From Carpediemonas membranifera BICM (taxonomy: Eukaryota; Protista; Fornicata), in the NCBI GenBank assembly GCA_019828565.1, contig JAHDYR010000001.1, forward strand, positions 310,001-374,000: a DNA stretch of 64,000 nt. Reading direction: 5' to 3'. A program made the position numbers and the translations under genes. The stretch's first letter is position 1. Each line of letters opens with the position of its first letter. Below, one piece after another: positions 1 to 10,082 of the stretch. The notes below the pieces were generated by a model that did not search any database, was not told the DNA's origin, and saw nothing but the letters and a program-made list of their open reading frames with translations.

Positions 1-1443
1 GGAATTGGCCCTGGACGTCGGGATCGCCCAGAGGGTCGACTTGGGCCATCATTCTCATCTCATCGGCAGCCCAGGCGACCGACTCGCCATAAACTGCGAT
101 TAAGTCGTCCTGACTGTGGCTGAGTGCCTCTGCCCTGCCCCTGTCGGCGTACACCAGCGCCCTGAGCTTGTCGTGCGTGCTCGTGAGTATGGAATACACC
201 AGGTCGACCGACTCCTCGTCAATTGGCCCTAGTTTCGCGGTGGCCTGATTCTCCTCAGCTAGCCGCGAGTTCTCAGCTCTGAGCTGTTCCAGCTCGAGCT
301 TGAGTGCGGCATTTGACTCCTCCAGCCGCCTTGCCCTTTCAGCAAGTGGAACTGTCTCGTGCAGGGCGGCGTTGTTACGAACCATACTGCATCTGGCAGC
401 AAACATCAGGGTAGACTTAGTTTCATCCGCGTTACGAGCAGAAGGCCCCACCGTGGCGATCAGCACGGTCCTGGAGTCGCCACCGAGGCCGTGGGCCAGA
501 ATCTTCGTCAGCTTACAGTTACGATACGGCACGTGCGACCGACCCGCTATGAGTGCGTCGATCACGTTCCCCAGCTCTGAAAGGCTCTTGTTGATGTGCC
601 CCGCCTCTCTACTACGGTCGCCTCGGGACTTTGACTTGCGAGCCCTCTCTGACCCTGCCAGGTCGACCAGGGTGAGATCTGACACAAGCTCCGTGTCGTC
701 GGCGGTCAGCTGCTCCACTGTGGCGGCAAGGATGGTGTGTGAGCGGCTACTGGCTTCGTTCATGGCGGTAGCGGCGCGGTATTCCTTGACTGTCTCGAGT
801 CCGCGGTTGACAACGGACATGGCGACAGTGACGTTGTCTGCGGCCCACTGGGTGAGGCCCTCGACCATGAATCTGTCCCCGGACTCAAACATCTCCAGCG
901 ACTTGTGCTCTTCGGCCAGTAAATCAGTCACAGATTCGTTGTAAATCTGAAGGAAGGATAGGTAGACCCGCCACTCTTTGATTGATCCCTCGCGCTGCTT
1001 AAGGTGGAGTCCGTCGAAAAGGGCGGTGAGGCAGCGGGGGATGATGCCGGTCTCGGGGCCAATGGAGTAGTCCCGCGTCGTGTTCAAGATACCCATGGTA
1101 TAGGTCTTGCCTGTGCCGGTCTGGCCGTAGGCGAGGAGGGTTCCGTTGTAGCCCTGGAGCACCTGGTCGACGAGATGAGACGCCGTGTCGCTGAATACGA
1201 GCGACTGGGAGGCATTACTGCTAAAGACACCGTTGAAGGAGAAGCTGGTGCTTGAGACATCCCGCGGCGGCCTAAAAACTATGGAATCCTGCGTAAACGG
1301 AAAAATTCAGTTCAAACTTCTCGGTCCTCCATCGTATCGTACCCGTCGATCGAACAATCGAACGAATAGTCTTCATCTACCTCATCCTCTATTGGTGGAC
1401 GTACACGGATGAAAACCTTCAGCCGCTGATCGTCCTTGGTCAT
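1..1443 (-). CDS. Kinesin motor domain protein; 3' end runs off the window; one intron at about 1289-1317
   Basis: Manual minus-strand translation gives MTKDDQRLKVFIRVRP, GYNGTLLAYGQTGTGKTYTM (P-loop), NEASSRSH (switch I), LVDLAGSER (switch II), HINKSL and HVPYRNCKLT, followed by a coiled coil. A 29-nt GTTTGA...CGCAG intron joins the frames. Confidence 0.93.
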
Positions 1444-1555
1444 TCGACGAGAACAGGTTGACTAACCTGCACCTTCGAGAACCAGTCTCAGAGCTCAGCC
1501 TGCCTGCTTGCGCGAGAGCTGGCTGCTATCAGATCAGACTGCTTCTTTACAATGC

Positions 1556-1828
<273 letters not shown>

Positions 1829-2204
1829 CTACTATGGAAAAAACGGTCAGAACTGAAGTTGGATCCGACCACCAAGATCCATCGGACAAGTCTGACGTTC
1901 ATATCCGTATTGTGCAACGCTGGAAGCTCCTTGTCGATAACAAACCATCTTTTGCAATTTCAATGAAATGTTGCTGTGGGGCGAGACACGATCCGCAAAA
2001 TCAACTTCAAGAATTCACGATCTATGCAGCAAGAAAGGTGGCCTAGCGCAACGCAGAGGAGCCATGCCATGTGTCTGGCTCGGTCTTGCCTTGCGAACCC
2101 ACGCTAGGGTGCACGGGATGTCACAATGGTTGATCAAAACCATGTTTGATCGACGAGCTGTAAATCCATTCTTACAGCCTGCATCAATAGCTGATATTTA
2201 TACA

Positions 2205-3086
2205 CTACCTTCTCCCAACACGCTTCACTGACCTCGACTTGCCAGCTTTCGGCACAGACTTCGCCTTGGCCGTCGTTCCCTTGCCGCGACGACCACTTGC
2301 CTTGACATCAGAGGCTTTGTCTCCCGCGCGCGCCACGGTGACCGTCATATCATGATATGGCGTATCTATGTCACCAACAGAGATATGGTCGAAATCAAAT
2401 TCATCATCAGATTTGGATCGAGACGAGACAAAATTTTGAGGGGTATAACCGTCAGGCACGGCTCCCCTGATGTAGTAGATCTTCATCCTCATGCGCCACT
2501 CCTTGAGGCCGAGTGGGGCCATCTCCTGCGTCTGCCCAATAAGGGAGCGAAGCATGGTAACAGTGGCATCCTTTGCCCTTGTTCTGGGGTCGACCTGGGG
2601 CTCTTCCTGGCTCTTTTCCTGTGTATCGCTGCCCAGTGTGAGGGTTGGCTGGCCGTGCACCAGTGTGACACGAACTGTGTGAGTCTTTCTTTTTCCGGAG
2701 GACAGGAGGACAAACAAGTGTATGACTCGACTAGTTTCTCTGGGTCTGTACGAGTGTATATACCCAGGACAACCTTCCTGAGCTGGGTGAGGGGGGTGGG
2801 TGCGACAAACATAGTTCTTCTTCAATGCATCGAAGACGCCGTCTTGTAGCCAGGAATTAAGCTTGTCAATGTCTGGATGCGCATTTGGTACAAGCATGCT
2901 GATGTGGAGACCGGCCACAGTGCACTCTTCGAAGCATTCTGGTGGAAGCAAGCCTCGAAAATGGCATATTGTGGAGATTGACGTGCGAAACAGGTTCTTC
3001 AACAGTGTTAATGAGTCCTGGTTGGTAATAAGCTCATTTGCGACAGACTGCGCCGCCTTTTGTCTTACCAACTGAGCTACAGGCAT
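2205..3086 (-). CDS. HOP1: HORMA-domain meiotic axis protein (Hop1/HORMAD-like); introns 2783-2810 and 2675-2715
   Basis: SLTLLKNLFRTSISTICHFRGLLPPECF and WLQDGVFDALKKNY|LRKVVLGIY...LVESYTF match HORMA. Removing two GTTTGT...CAG introns restores one frame. Confidence 0.85.
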   Translation of the reverse strand: MPVAQLVRQKAAQSVANELITNQDSLTLLKNLFRTSISTICHFRGLLPPECFEECTVAGLHISMLVPNAHPDIDKLNSWLQDGVFDALKKNYVCRTHPPHPAQEGCPGYIHSYRPRETSRVIHLFVLLSSGKRKTHTVRVTLVHGQPTLTLGSDTQEKSQEEPQVDPRTRAKDATVTMLRSLIGQTQEMAPLGLKEWRMRMKIYYIRGAVPDGYTPQNFVSSRSKSDDEFDFDHISVGDIDTPYHDMTVTVARAGDKASDVKASGRRGKGTTAKAKSVPKAGKSRSVKRVGRR

Positions 3087-3269
3087 CAACCACCTTCCGC
3101 CAATTCGCCGGACAAACCCCGCAGTTTAATGCAGTCGAATCTGATGTGCCCCAACCAACCACATGGCCTGAACTAACGCTTTACAATACATCTGGCCCAA
3201 TGCCGGAGTCTGCTTGCATCACCGCGGGTTGTTCTCACTAGGTCAATCAACTGATTAACAACTGCCGCC

Positions 3270-4211
3270 TCAATTCGCAGCCCTCAGCCTATTGACCACG
3301 CGCTCCTCGGTCTTCAGCACCTTCGCCAGCCTCCCGGGTATGTCTTCCGAGTCCACCAAGCTCTTGAGCATCGGCTTGAGACTGACAAGAACGTCGTCCG
3401 GCTCGCCAGTAAACGGCGGCACAGGGATGAGGTTGGAAAGGTGCCTGCCGAATGACACGAGGCGATCATCCACGGCGACGACCCTCTCTAGAGGCCGGCC
3501 GAGCTGGTCGAGGTCCTTGACCAAATCCCGGCGTCTAAAAGGCCTGCAGTCGCTCCGGCTGAGTCTGTGGCGGATCAGGTTGTCGGGGTCAATGTGGCCA
3601 AGCACTGTCTCGGCATACCGACCCTCTCCCGCAGTGAAAATGACGAGTTCAAAGAGAGTGGAGGCCCACTGGATAAAGTTGACCACGCCGGGGCGGAGGA
3701 AGAGGCCGAATGGGGCGCCGCGGTGGTAGCAGAGCTTGGGGGATAGCCCCCACTTGTTGGGAGCATGAGTGTTTGAAAAGTCGCTGCTTATCAGGGTGAG
3801 GTCGAGGTCAAGGACGAGCGTAGGCTTGGCGGTGCGGGATACTGGAAGCAGGAGCGTCTGCTCAGGCAGTGGAGCGAGTACTGTGCCGACGGCGTTGGCG
3901 GACTCGATGTCGTCGAGGTTGAACGCTTCAAGGGCGGATACAGAGTTCTTGAAGGCGTCCATCGAGAGGATTGGATCTGTAGGCACCTTCTTGATGGAGA
4001 TGAAGGCGTTCAGCGTCTTCTGAGAAGAGCTGGCAGCGTTCTTCTTCAATGATGCGTCTGTGCGCATCGGAGCTGGCGAGCCCTTCTTCCTGCGAACGAG
4101 GATAGTCTTATCTCGTCTCTTCAGGGTCTGTAGTTGCTGTTGTTGCAGTGTCTTCGGCATATATGATGAGTAATCTGTTCGCGCCAAAACTGGTGGATGG
4201 CGCGCTTTCAA
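3270..4211 (-). CDS. FCP1/SCP (NIF) family HAD phosphatase
   Basis: LVLDLDLTL (DxDxT), LRPGV..F, FELVIFTA, YA..VL..ID, VKDLDQLGRPL and VDD motifs. Confidence 0.9.
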   Translation of the reverse strand: MKARHPPVLARTDYSSYMPKTLQQQQLQTLKRRDKTILVRRKKGSPAPMRTDASLKKNAASSSQKTLNAFISIKKVPTDPILSMDAFKNSVSALEAFNLDDIESANAVGTVLAPLPEQTLLLPVSRTAKPTLVLDLDLTLISSDFSNTHAPNKWGLSPKLCYHRGAPFGLFLRPGVVNFIQWASTLFELVIFTAGEGRYAETVLGHIDPDNLIRHRLSRSDCRPFRRRDLVKDLDQLGRPLERVVAVDDRLVSFGRHLSNLIPVPPFTGEPDDVLVSLKPMLKSLVDSEDIPGRLAKVLKTEERVVNRLRAAN

Positions 4212-4451
4212 TTACGTGCTCTATTTACGTTATACATGAGGGGCCGGCCGTGATATGAGAGTACCAATGCCATCCGGTGCCAACCCGCGTCAACTACTAC
4301 CATGATCGCACCATCAATTCAAAAAGACGTCTCAGCCCAAAGCGCACCAGAGGTCACACAATTTTGAGTAATTTATGTGAATTTCATTAGTCGACAGGGT
4401 TCCATATTGGATTTCCACTAAATAGCAGACCCTATCATAAATCGTAGCATA

Positions 4452-5297
4452 TTAGAATCGACCCTCCATTCTCTTGAGCCGAGTGCACACTGTTTGCACC
4501 TGCCTCAGCGTCGGGGGACGGTCATCCGTGGCCAGGCGACGACAGATCTCGCCAGGCTTCATACTTAGACGAAGCATCTCCGCGATCTGTTCCTTCATCG
4601 CCGACCCAAGTCTATGAGTCTTCGTTGTCTTGGTAGAGTTCGGGGCAGGGGTGGTGCACAGCCTGTGGGACCCTGTGGTGCTCAGGAACACCCGGTTGAG
4701 GAGGCTGCAATAGCTGTACCGGATTTCCAGTGAGCACTTTGATTTTTCGCAGATTAAGCCCGCGCACTTGAAGCGACGGATCATGAGGTTATGCTTGTCC
4801 TTACACGGACAGAGGCCGTTGGTGGTGCCCTTAGAGTGCCAGCGGATGGGGCTTGCATCCTTGTGCTCCATGATGGCCTGCTTGATATCCTCTTCGGTGC
4901 CAGCGCCAAGGTTCAAATCGTCAGTGATGTCATCGGTGACCCACTCGCGGCGGCACCCGCGGCGGTTGCTCGGGAGAGAATCGCATGTTCTTTCGTCAGT
5001 GACGGAGTTTTGCCACGAATCTGCAGCTGGTTCTTTCGGTAAGCTCACATCGATCGGGGGATAAGACATAAGAGGCTCAGAAAAGTTGATCATCGGCAAT
5101 GAATCGAAGCCGGATTGGTGAAGAAGCGCTGGAAGCTCATATTCAGAGCTTACCGGCGTGTTTTGAAGCTGTTCTTGGAGCAAAAGTTGGGAAAACGATG
5201 AAGGATTCGAAAGATTGGAGATTTCGAGTGGCGAAAAGGGAAGCGTATCACAAGAATCTGTATAGTAATGACCAGGCTCCATTCCCAGGTAACTCAT
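4452..5297 (-). CDS. Putative transcription factor with WRKY/GCM1-like Zn finger and HTH (MULE-transposase-derived)
   Basis: Acidic, low-complexity N-terminus. C-terminal FKCAGLICEKSKCSLEIRY...GSHRLC is followed by RLGSAMKEQIAEML...KPGEICRRL...PTLRQVQT, as in the N-terminal part of Mutator transposases and FAR1/Aft1-like factors. Confidence 0.5.
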   Translation of the reverse strand: MSYLGMEPGHYYTDSCDTLPFSPLEISNLSNPSSFSQLLLQEQLQNTPVSSEYELPALLHQSGFDSLPMINFSEPLMSYPPIDVSLPKEPAADSWQNSVTDERTCDSLPSNRRGCRREWVTDDITDDLNLGAGTEEDIKQAIMEHKDASPIRWHSKGTTNGLCPCKDKHNLMIRRFKCAGLICEKSKCSLEIRYSYCSLLNRVFLSTTGSHRLCTTPAPNSTKTTKTHRLGSAMKEQIAEMLRLSMKPGEICRRLATDDRPPTLRQVQTVCTRLKRMEGRF

Positions 5298-5622
5298 GGA
5301 TTGTCAACTGAAGGAAGCCACTGCGAGAAATGAAACCGACTCAAGACGCCAAAAATATCAAGTCGATCTGATGACTGCGTCACAGACTCGAGGTTCATGT
5401 GGCCACGCATAGGCTCTCCAATGCGTCTGGGGTATCTTTAAATTAACATTTATTTCAAGTCGACAATTCTTGTCAGTCGCGCTGATTCCGGAACGACACG
5501 CTAAATTCGATTTATGAGAATTAACACTTAGGAACGTAAGTTGACTCGTGTACCCCCAAGCAACGCCCTTAAAACGTACTGAGAGATACAAAGATCGTTG
5601 TCGGAAACACGACCGTGGTTGA

Positions 5623-6849
5623 CTAAAAGAGACGCCGCATCCGCCTCGTCCAGAGCATGCCAGAGCAGAACACCATGCATGCCAGTATAATTAGCAGCAC
5701 CACTGCTACCCAGAAGATCCAGATATGACTGCCGATTCCGTTATCCAAGTTCATGCCAAAAGCTCCACTAACTGCTGCCGATGCCGCCACAGCCACGCCT
5801 ATAATAGCGGTCTTGAGCTCTAACACCATGATCTTGTTCCTAGCTGTATCCAACAGGAGCGAAACGTGCCTCGAGGCGAGGGTAAGCTGTGACTTCAACG
5901 TATGAAGACTTGACTTCAATGCAGTCAGCTGGAAATAATACGATTCCAGTAAATCCTCAATATCGTCTCTTAGCGTAGTGTCAATTTCATCTGCCGACTG
6001 AGCTCTGAAGCACAGCATGGCCAAGTTGTCCCATTCCTCGGGATCAGGCTCCTCCTCCAGCACTAGGCTTAGTCCGCGGGCTGCCAGCGTCACATCCTCC
6101 ATTGCCTGGTCACAGGCGATCTCGTCGTCGACAAGGATGGAGAGAAACTTGTCTCTGGGAACACCTCTGATTGTGGCGATGTCGTCTTCGACAGACTGAG
6201 TTACCACCTGCTCCTGGGCGGCAAGTGCCATTGTTGTGTACACTAGCACAGTCTCTAGTGCCAGTAGCTCGAAGTCTATGGGGAAGATCGTATCCGTCTC
6301 GTACAATAAAGACCGAAACTCATCATCATCTTTCGCAGATTGAAGTCGGTCATAGTGCTCGTTTGTTACAGACTGGAAGATTGACGTGAATGACCGGATG
6401 AAGCTTGAGGAGAAGGGCGTGCTTGCGTCGATCACATGGACTTGGTACTCCTCTTCGTGCTTGCAAATAACGACGTTGAGCTCGTCAAACGTGACTAGAA
6501 TCTTGTTCCCACGGCGGGCTTCGATGAAGGCGGTGTTCACTGCTAGCAGAGAGGTCACATCGCGGCCGTCTACGCCGAGGTGGGGGCCAATCTTGCGCTT
6601 GGGAAGAAGCTTGGAGGTCTCGCTGAAAGCTAGCGCCCAATTGATGTCCTTTGGACGCTCATCGTCCTCAATATCGAAGTCACATGACAGAGAGAACGTT
6701 GTAAGGTTGATGCTTCGTATGTTTGCTGTGCGGATGGTCTGAACGACGGATTCCTCCGCAAAGAAAGACTCTGCGCCACCATGGAGCGCCGTTATATCGT
6801 CTAATGAGCCACCGCGGTCAGTATCAAGCATGACAAGGACGCTAAACAC
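5623..6849 (-). CDS. CorA/Mrs2-family magnesium transporter (start codon uncertain)
   Basis: EDLLESY, LDTARNKIM and GAFGMNL (GMN signature) with two C-terminal TM helices. Confidence 0.9.
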   Translation of the reverse strand: MFSVLVMLDTDRGGSLDDITALHGGAESFFAEESVVQTIRTANIRSINLTTFSLSCDFDIEDDERPKDINWALAFSETSKLLPKRKIGPHLGVDGRDVTSLLAVNTAFIEARRGNKILVTFDELNVVICKHEEEYQVHVIDASTPFSSSFIRSFTSIFQSVTNEHYDRLQSAKDDDEFRSLLYETDTIFPIDFELLALETVLVYTTMALAAQEQVVTQSVEDDIATIRGVPRDKFLSILVDDEIACDQAMEDVTLAARGLSLVLEEEPDPEEWDNLAMLCFRAQSADEIDTTLRDDIEDLLESYYFQLTALKSSLHTLKSQLTLASRHVSLLLDTARNKIMVLELKTAIIGVAVAASAAVSGAFGMNLDNGIGSHIWIFWVAVVLLIILACMVFCSGMLWTRRMRRLF

Positions 6850-6882
6850 GCACTTTGAAAGCTTTCCGTGGTCATCATTTGA

Positions 6883-7836
6883 TCACTGCCCCGGCGCTGC
6901 TTTCTCAGCTCGGAACACCCCAACCGCCACGAGAGACCCGTCAATTGCCGCTAGCAGAGGTAGTGTGGGATGGAATCGGCAGCCACCCCTGAGACCAGAG
7001 CATTCGACGACGGGTGGATCAGACACGCGGTACACAACCACAGAGTCACCCCCGACTGCTATAAATGTGCCAGAACTGTCCACATCTACCATATTCCGGC
7101 AGTGTCTGCGCTTTCTACTCTCGTACGGCAGCGTAACAATGGGGGCAAGGGAGAAGGGGTCAACCAGTCGGACCAGCGGCTCGAGTCGATACTTGAGAGC
7201 GACTAGACCGGAAGGGGCCAAGGCTATGGAGTCTATTGCCCCTGCCCCGCTGACCACCCGGGCTGATCTGATGGAGTTGAGGTCAGGGTGGCTGTGGGGG
7301 ATGACGGAGAGAGTGCCCTCGAAGCCACCGACGGCTATGAACTGTGGGCATGCTGCTATAGCACTGGTTGTGAACTTAGGGAGCTGAGTGGAAGTAAAGG
7401 AGGCATGATCGTCGTCCTGAGTGAACAACGCACCCTTGGCGCCGAATACCGGCGTATCGCGGTGTCGCCCCATCGCTCGGATGTCAGGCATATGGTCTGC
7501 ATACACTGGCGGGAGGGTGATGTTCCCGCGGTGCTCCAGGCCGGGCACAGTGAAGATTGCTGGAGGAAAGTCACGGCAAGCAACAACTACGGCGCCGGGA
7601 AGAACAGAGACTGCACGGATAGTGTTTGGTAATGAGCTTGATTCGGAAATGATGAATGGTTCTGTTGGAAGCTCGGCGTTTGCAGAGTATGGAGAAGCAG
7701 TAAAGAATTCGCCGTGAAGACGAAGGATTGAGAGCCTACGAGCTCCGCATACGACTAAATAGTGCCCATCTGTCGACCAATCACAAAATGATGGCTCTTC
7801 GTCAAGTTCTATGGCATGACTGGCTGCCAGCTCCAT
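6883..7836 (-). CDS. WD40 protein, TCAB1/WRAP53-like
   Basis: CDWSTDGHYL, ACRDFPPAIF, RNMVDVDSSGTFIAVGG and GCRFHPTLPLLA parallel the WRAP53 motifs (CKWAPDG, SRENPIHIW, FDLDPTGQFLVSG, SLHPSLPLLA). Confidence 0.55.
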   Translation of the reverse strand: MELAASHAIELDEEPSFCDWSTDGHYLVVCGARRLSILRLHGEFFTASPYSANAELPTEPFIISESSSLPNTIRAVSVLPGAVVVACRDFPPAIFTVPGLEHRGNITLPPVYADHMPDIRAMGRHRDTPVFGAKGALFTQDDDHASFTSTQLPKFTTSAIAACPQFIAVGGFEGTLSVIPHSHPDLNSIRSARVVSGAGAIDSIALAPSGLVALKYRLEPLVRLVDPFSLAPIVTLPYESRKRRHCRNMVDVDSSGTFIAVGGDSVVVYRVSDPPVVECSGLRGGCRFHPTLPLLAAIDGSLVAVGVFRAEKAAPGQ

Positions 7837-8163
7837 TATTTCCCGCTAAACTGACCAATCAAATGTCCCGTAAATGTTAGCACGGTCGCGCTGAAACCAC
7901 CACAAGAACACCAAACGAAGCAGCACGCGTTTTAAGGGCAAGTACATGGTTGGCCGAGAGTTGAATGAAAAGGACAGTTCATGCATGCTGCGGGCGTACA
8001 TCATGAGACATGCACGACTTGTAGACATGTGGTTGGCTCCATTTCTAGTAGTACAGGAGTAGCTGGCCGCTGCCTCTCCCAAATGACGTGGCTCGACTCT
8101 GCCACAGTCGAGCAGCATAAGGTACCAATGGCGTGATGTGAGAACTATTGCTGGTTCGTTGAA

Positions 8164-8498
8164 ATGAAGGAGAACAACCTTCAGCGATATGTGACTATAA
8201 CTTCTGGTGATGGTTATACCTTTGTTGTCCCGCTAGAAGTGGCAAATCTCTCGGAAACCGTGCGAAGTATGTCTGATTCTCGCTTTTTCACACAGCGATG
8301 CTTCTTTCGGGCTTCAGAGAACAAGGAAGCGTCATGCTACTCCCTAAAACGCCTGATCTGAACATGACTGGCAAGCGTCTTGCCGGACATCTGACCCGCC
8401 ACCCGCTCGGCTCCGCTGTCGTGCCAGAGTCGGACACTGAGCCAGAAGCACTCGAATACGAGGTCCAAGAGTCCCTCACGCCGCTGGATCCTTCATAA
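8164..8498 (+). CDS. Elongin C / Skp1-like protein, divergent; intron at about 8267-8295
   Basis: YVTITSGDGYTFVVPLEVANLSETVRTML resembles the Elongin C N-terminus. A GTATGT...CACACAG intron joins ORFs 8164 and 8298. Confidence 0.6.
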
Positions 8499-8548
8499 AT
8501 TTCAGATTGGTTCATTTCCTCTGCCGCGCATGACAACCACAAGTGAGA

Positions 8549-9571
8549 ATGAGAGCACTTCTTCTCCAACGAACAGGAAAGCCATATGACTTTGAGATGG
8601 GGACATTTCCAGTCCCAGAACCAGGTCCCAACGACGTCCGCATCAAAATTGCTGCCACCGCGTGCAATCCTATAGACTATAAGCTAGCAACGCACGGAAA
8701 CGCCTCCTGGACAGTATTTCCCCGTATTCTCGGGTATGTTTAGCACCTCACACATTCATCCAGTCTCGATACGGCCGGTGTCGTGGACAAGGTCGGTCTA
8801 AACGTCGCCGACTACCATGTTGGTGACAGGGTCGTTCAACACGGGGACCTGCGGCGTCGCGGGGGCGGGTATGCCGAGTACACAGTGTGCGACACCCGCC
8901 ACCTTGCTAGGATACCCCGGACAGTCTCATATATTGATGCTGCCGCCGCCATGTGCGCCGGATTGACCGCGATGCAGGCCGTGAGTCGAAAGCTGCACGT
9001 CAAGGCGGGTGATACGGTGCTTATCCATGGTGGGGCGGGTGGAGTTGGTTCATATGCGGTCCAGCTATGCAAGGTACTCGGGGCGACAGTTATGACCACG
9101 TGCCAAGGAGAGAAGGCAGACTACGTAAGATCACTTGGAGCTGATGAAGCGATAGACTACACAACTGAGGACGTGTCTCAGCGCGTTATGGAGCTCACCA
9201 ACGGGCTCGGGGCCGATTGCATCCTCAACACCCTGTCGCCCGAGACCGGCGTCGAGGACGTCGAGCGCCTTGCATTCAACGGTGTCCTCTGTATGATCAG
9301 TGGACCCATGCCAGTTTCCATGGCAGACCTGGGCATGTTCGTCAAGGGGCAGACACTGACAACCTGCTTTCTTGGGGGGGCACACATGTACCAGCATGAA
9401 GAGTCGTTGGTTGACTTGAAGAAGATGGCGGAGGAGATCTTGGATTTGCAGGCGGAGGGATCGATCAGATCTCCTATACAGAAGATCATAAGATTGAATC
9501 AAGTGCCGAGGGCGCTTGATGAGCTCGAAGACAGACATGTGACTGGGAAGATAATTGTTGATATGCAGTAG
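8549..9571 (+). CDS. MDR-family NAD(P)H oxidoreductase (quinone reductase / alcohol dehydrogenase-like); intron 8734-8763
   Basis: ACNPIDYK, ILGLDTAGVV (after splicing), GGYAEY, HGGAGGVG Rossmann motif and TGKIIV. Confidence 0.92.
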
Positions 9572-10082
9572 ATATGATAAAATCTGGGTGATATTCTGGC
9601 TTGTGTCATGACCGGACCGGCCAGGAGTCAAGTTATGCCAGATTTGACATACCGTGGTCGTTTCGCCAGCGTTAGTGGCAGCTCCGCCCCCGGCCTGAAG
9701 GCTGGCCGGCGTTTGACAGACTTGGACCGGTGCGGACCGGTACATCAAGAGGTATGTATACGTGTAAAATAAAAAGTGGAGTCGGAGCATACGTCCAGTG
9801 GTGATTCGACGGGCTCGTGGGCTGACCCACTCTCCGCGGATTCGTCATCCCACTACGAAGAGCTGGCAGTGGTCTCCGACGTTTGGGGAAAGACTACTTG
9901 GCCTGCCTCGTTCAAATATGATTGTAACTTGTCTTACACCGAAGTGGGTCGAACAATGTGACGCGAAGTTCAAGGTCAATAGCCATGCCCCACCGACCGA
10001 CGCCACGATTATGGCATCGTTGGGAACGGCAAGCTGTATCCACTGGCGAGAGCTGACCACCCATAAATAAAAACTCCATATT

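Noticed and set aside
300-944. 214-aa plus-strand ORF and the many similar antisense ORFs (e.g. 23738-25387, 42449-43405)
   Set aside because: Shadow ORFs opposite well-supported GC-rich genes; no motifs of their own.
6849-6885. CorA ORF is in frame with the upstream WD40 gene's TGA (possible readthrough or Sec fusion)
   Set aside because: One-in-three chance in a compact genome, unrelated functions, no SECIS seen, and CorA has its own ATG.
9608-10070. Possible spliced ORF of about 145 aa using a 25-nt GTATGT...AAAAAG intron
   Set aside because: The acceptor lacks the local consensus and the product has no recognisable features.
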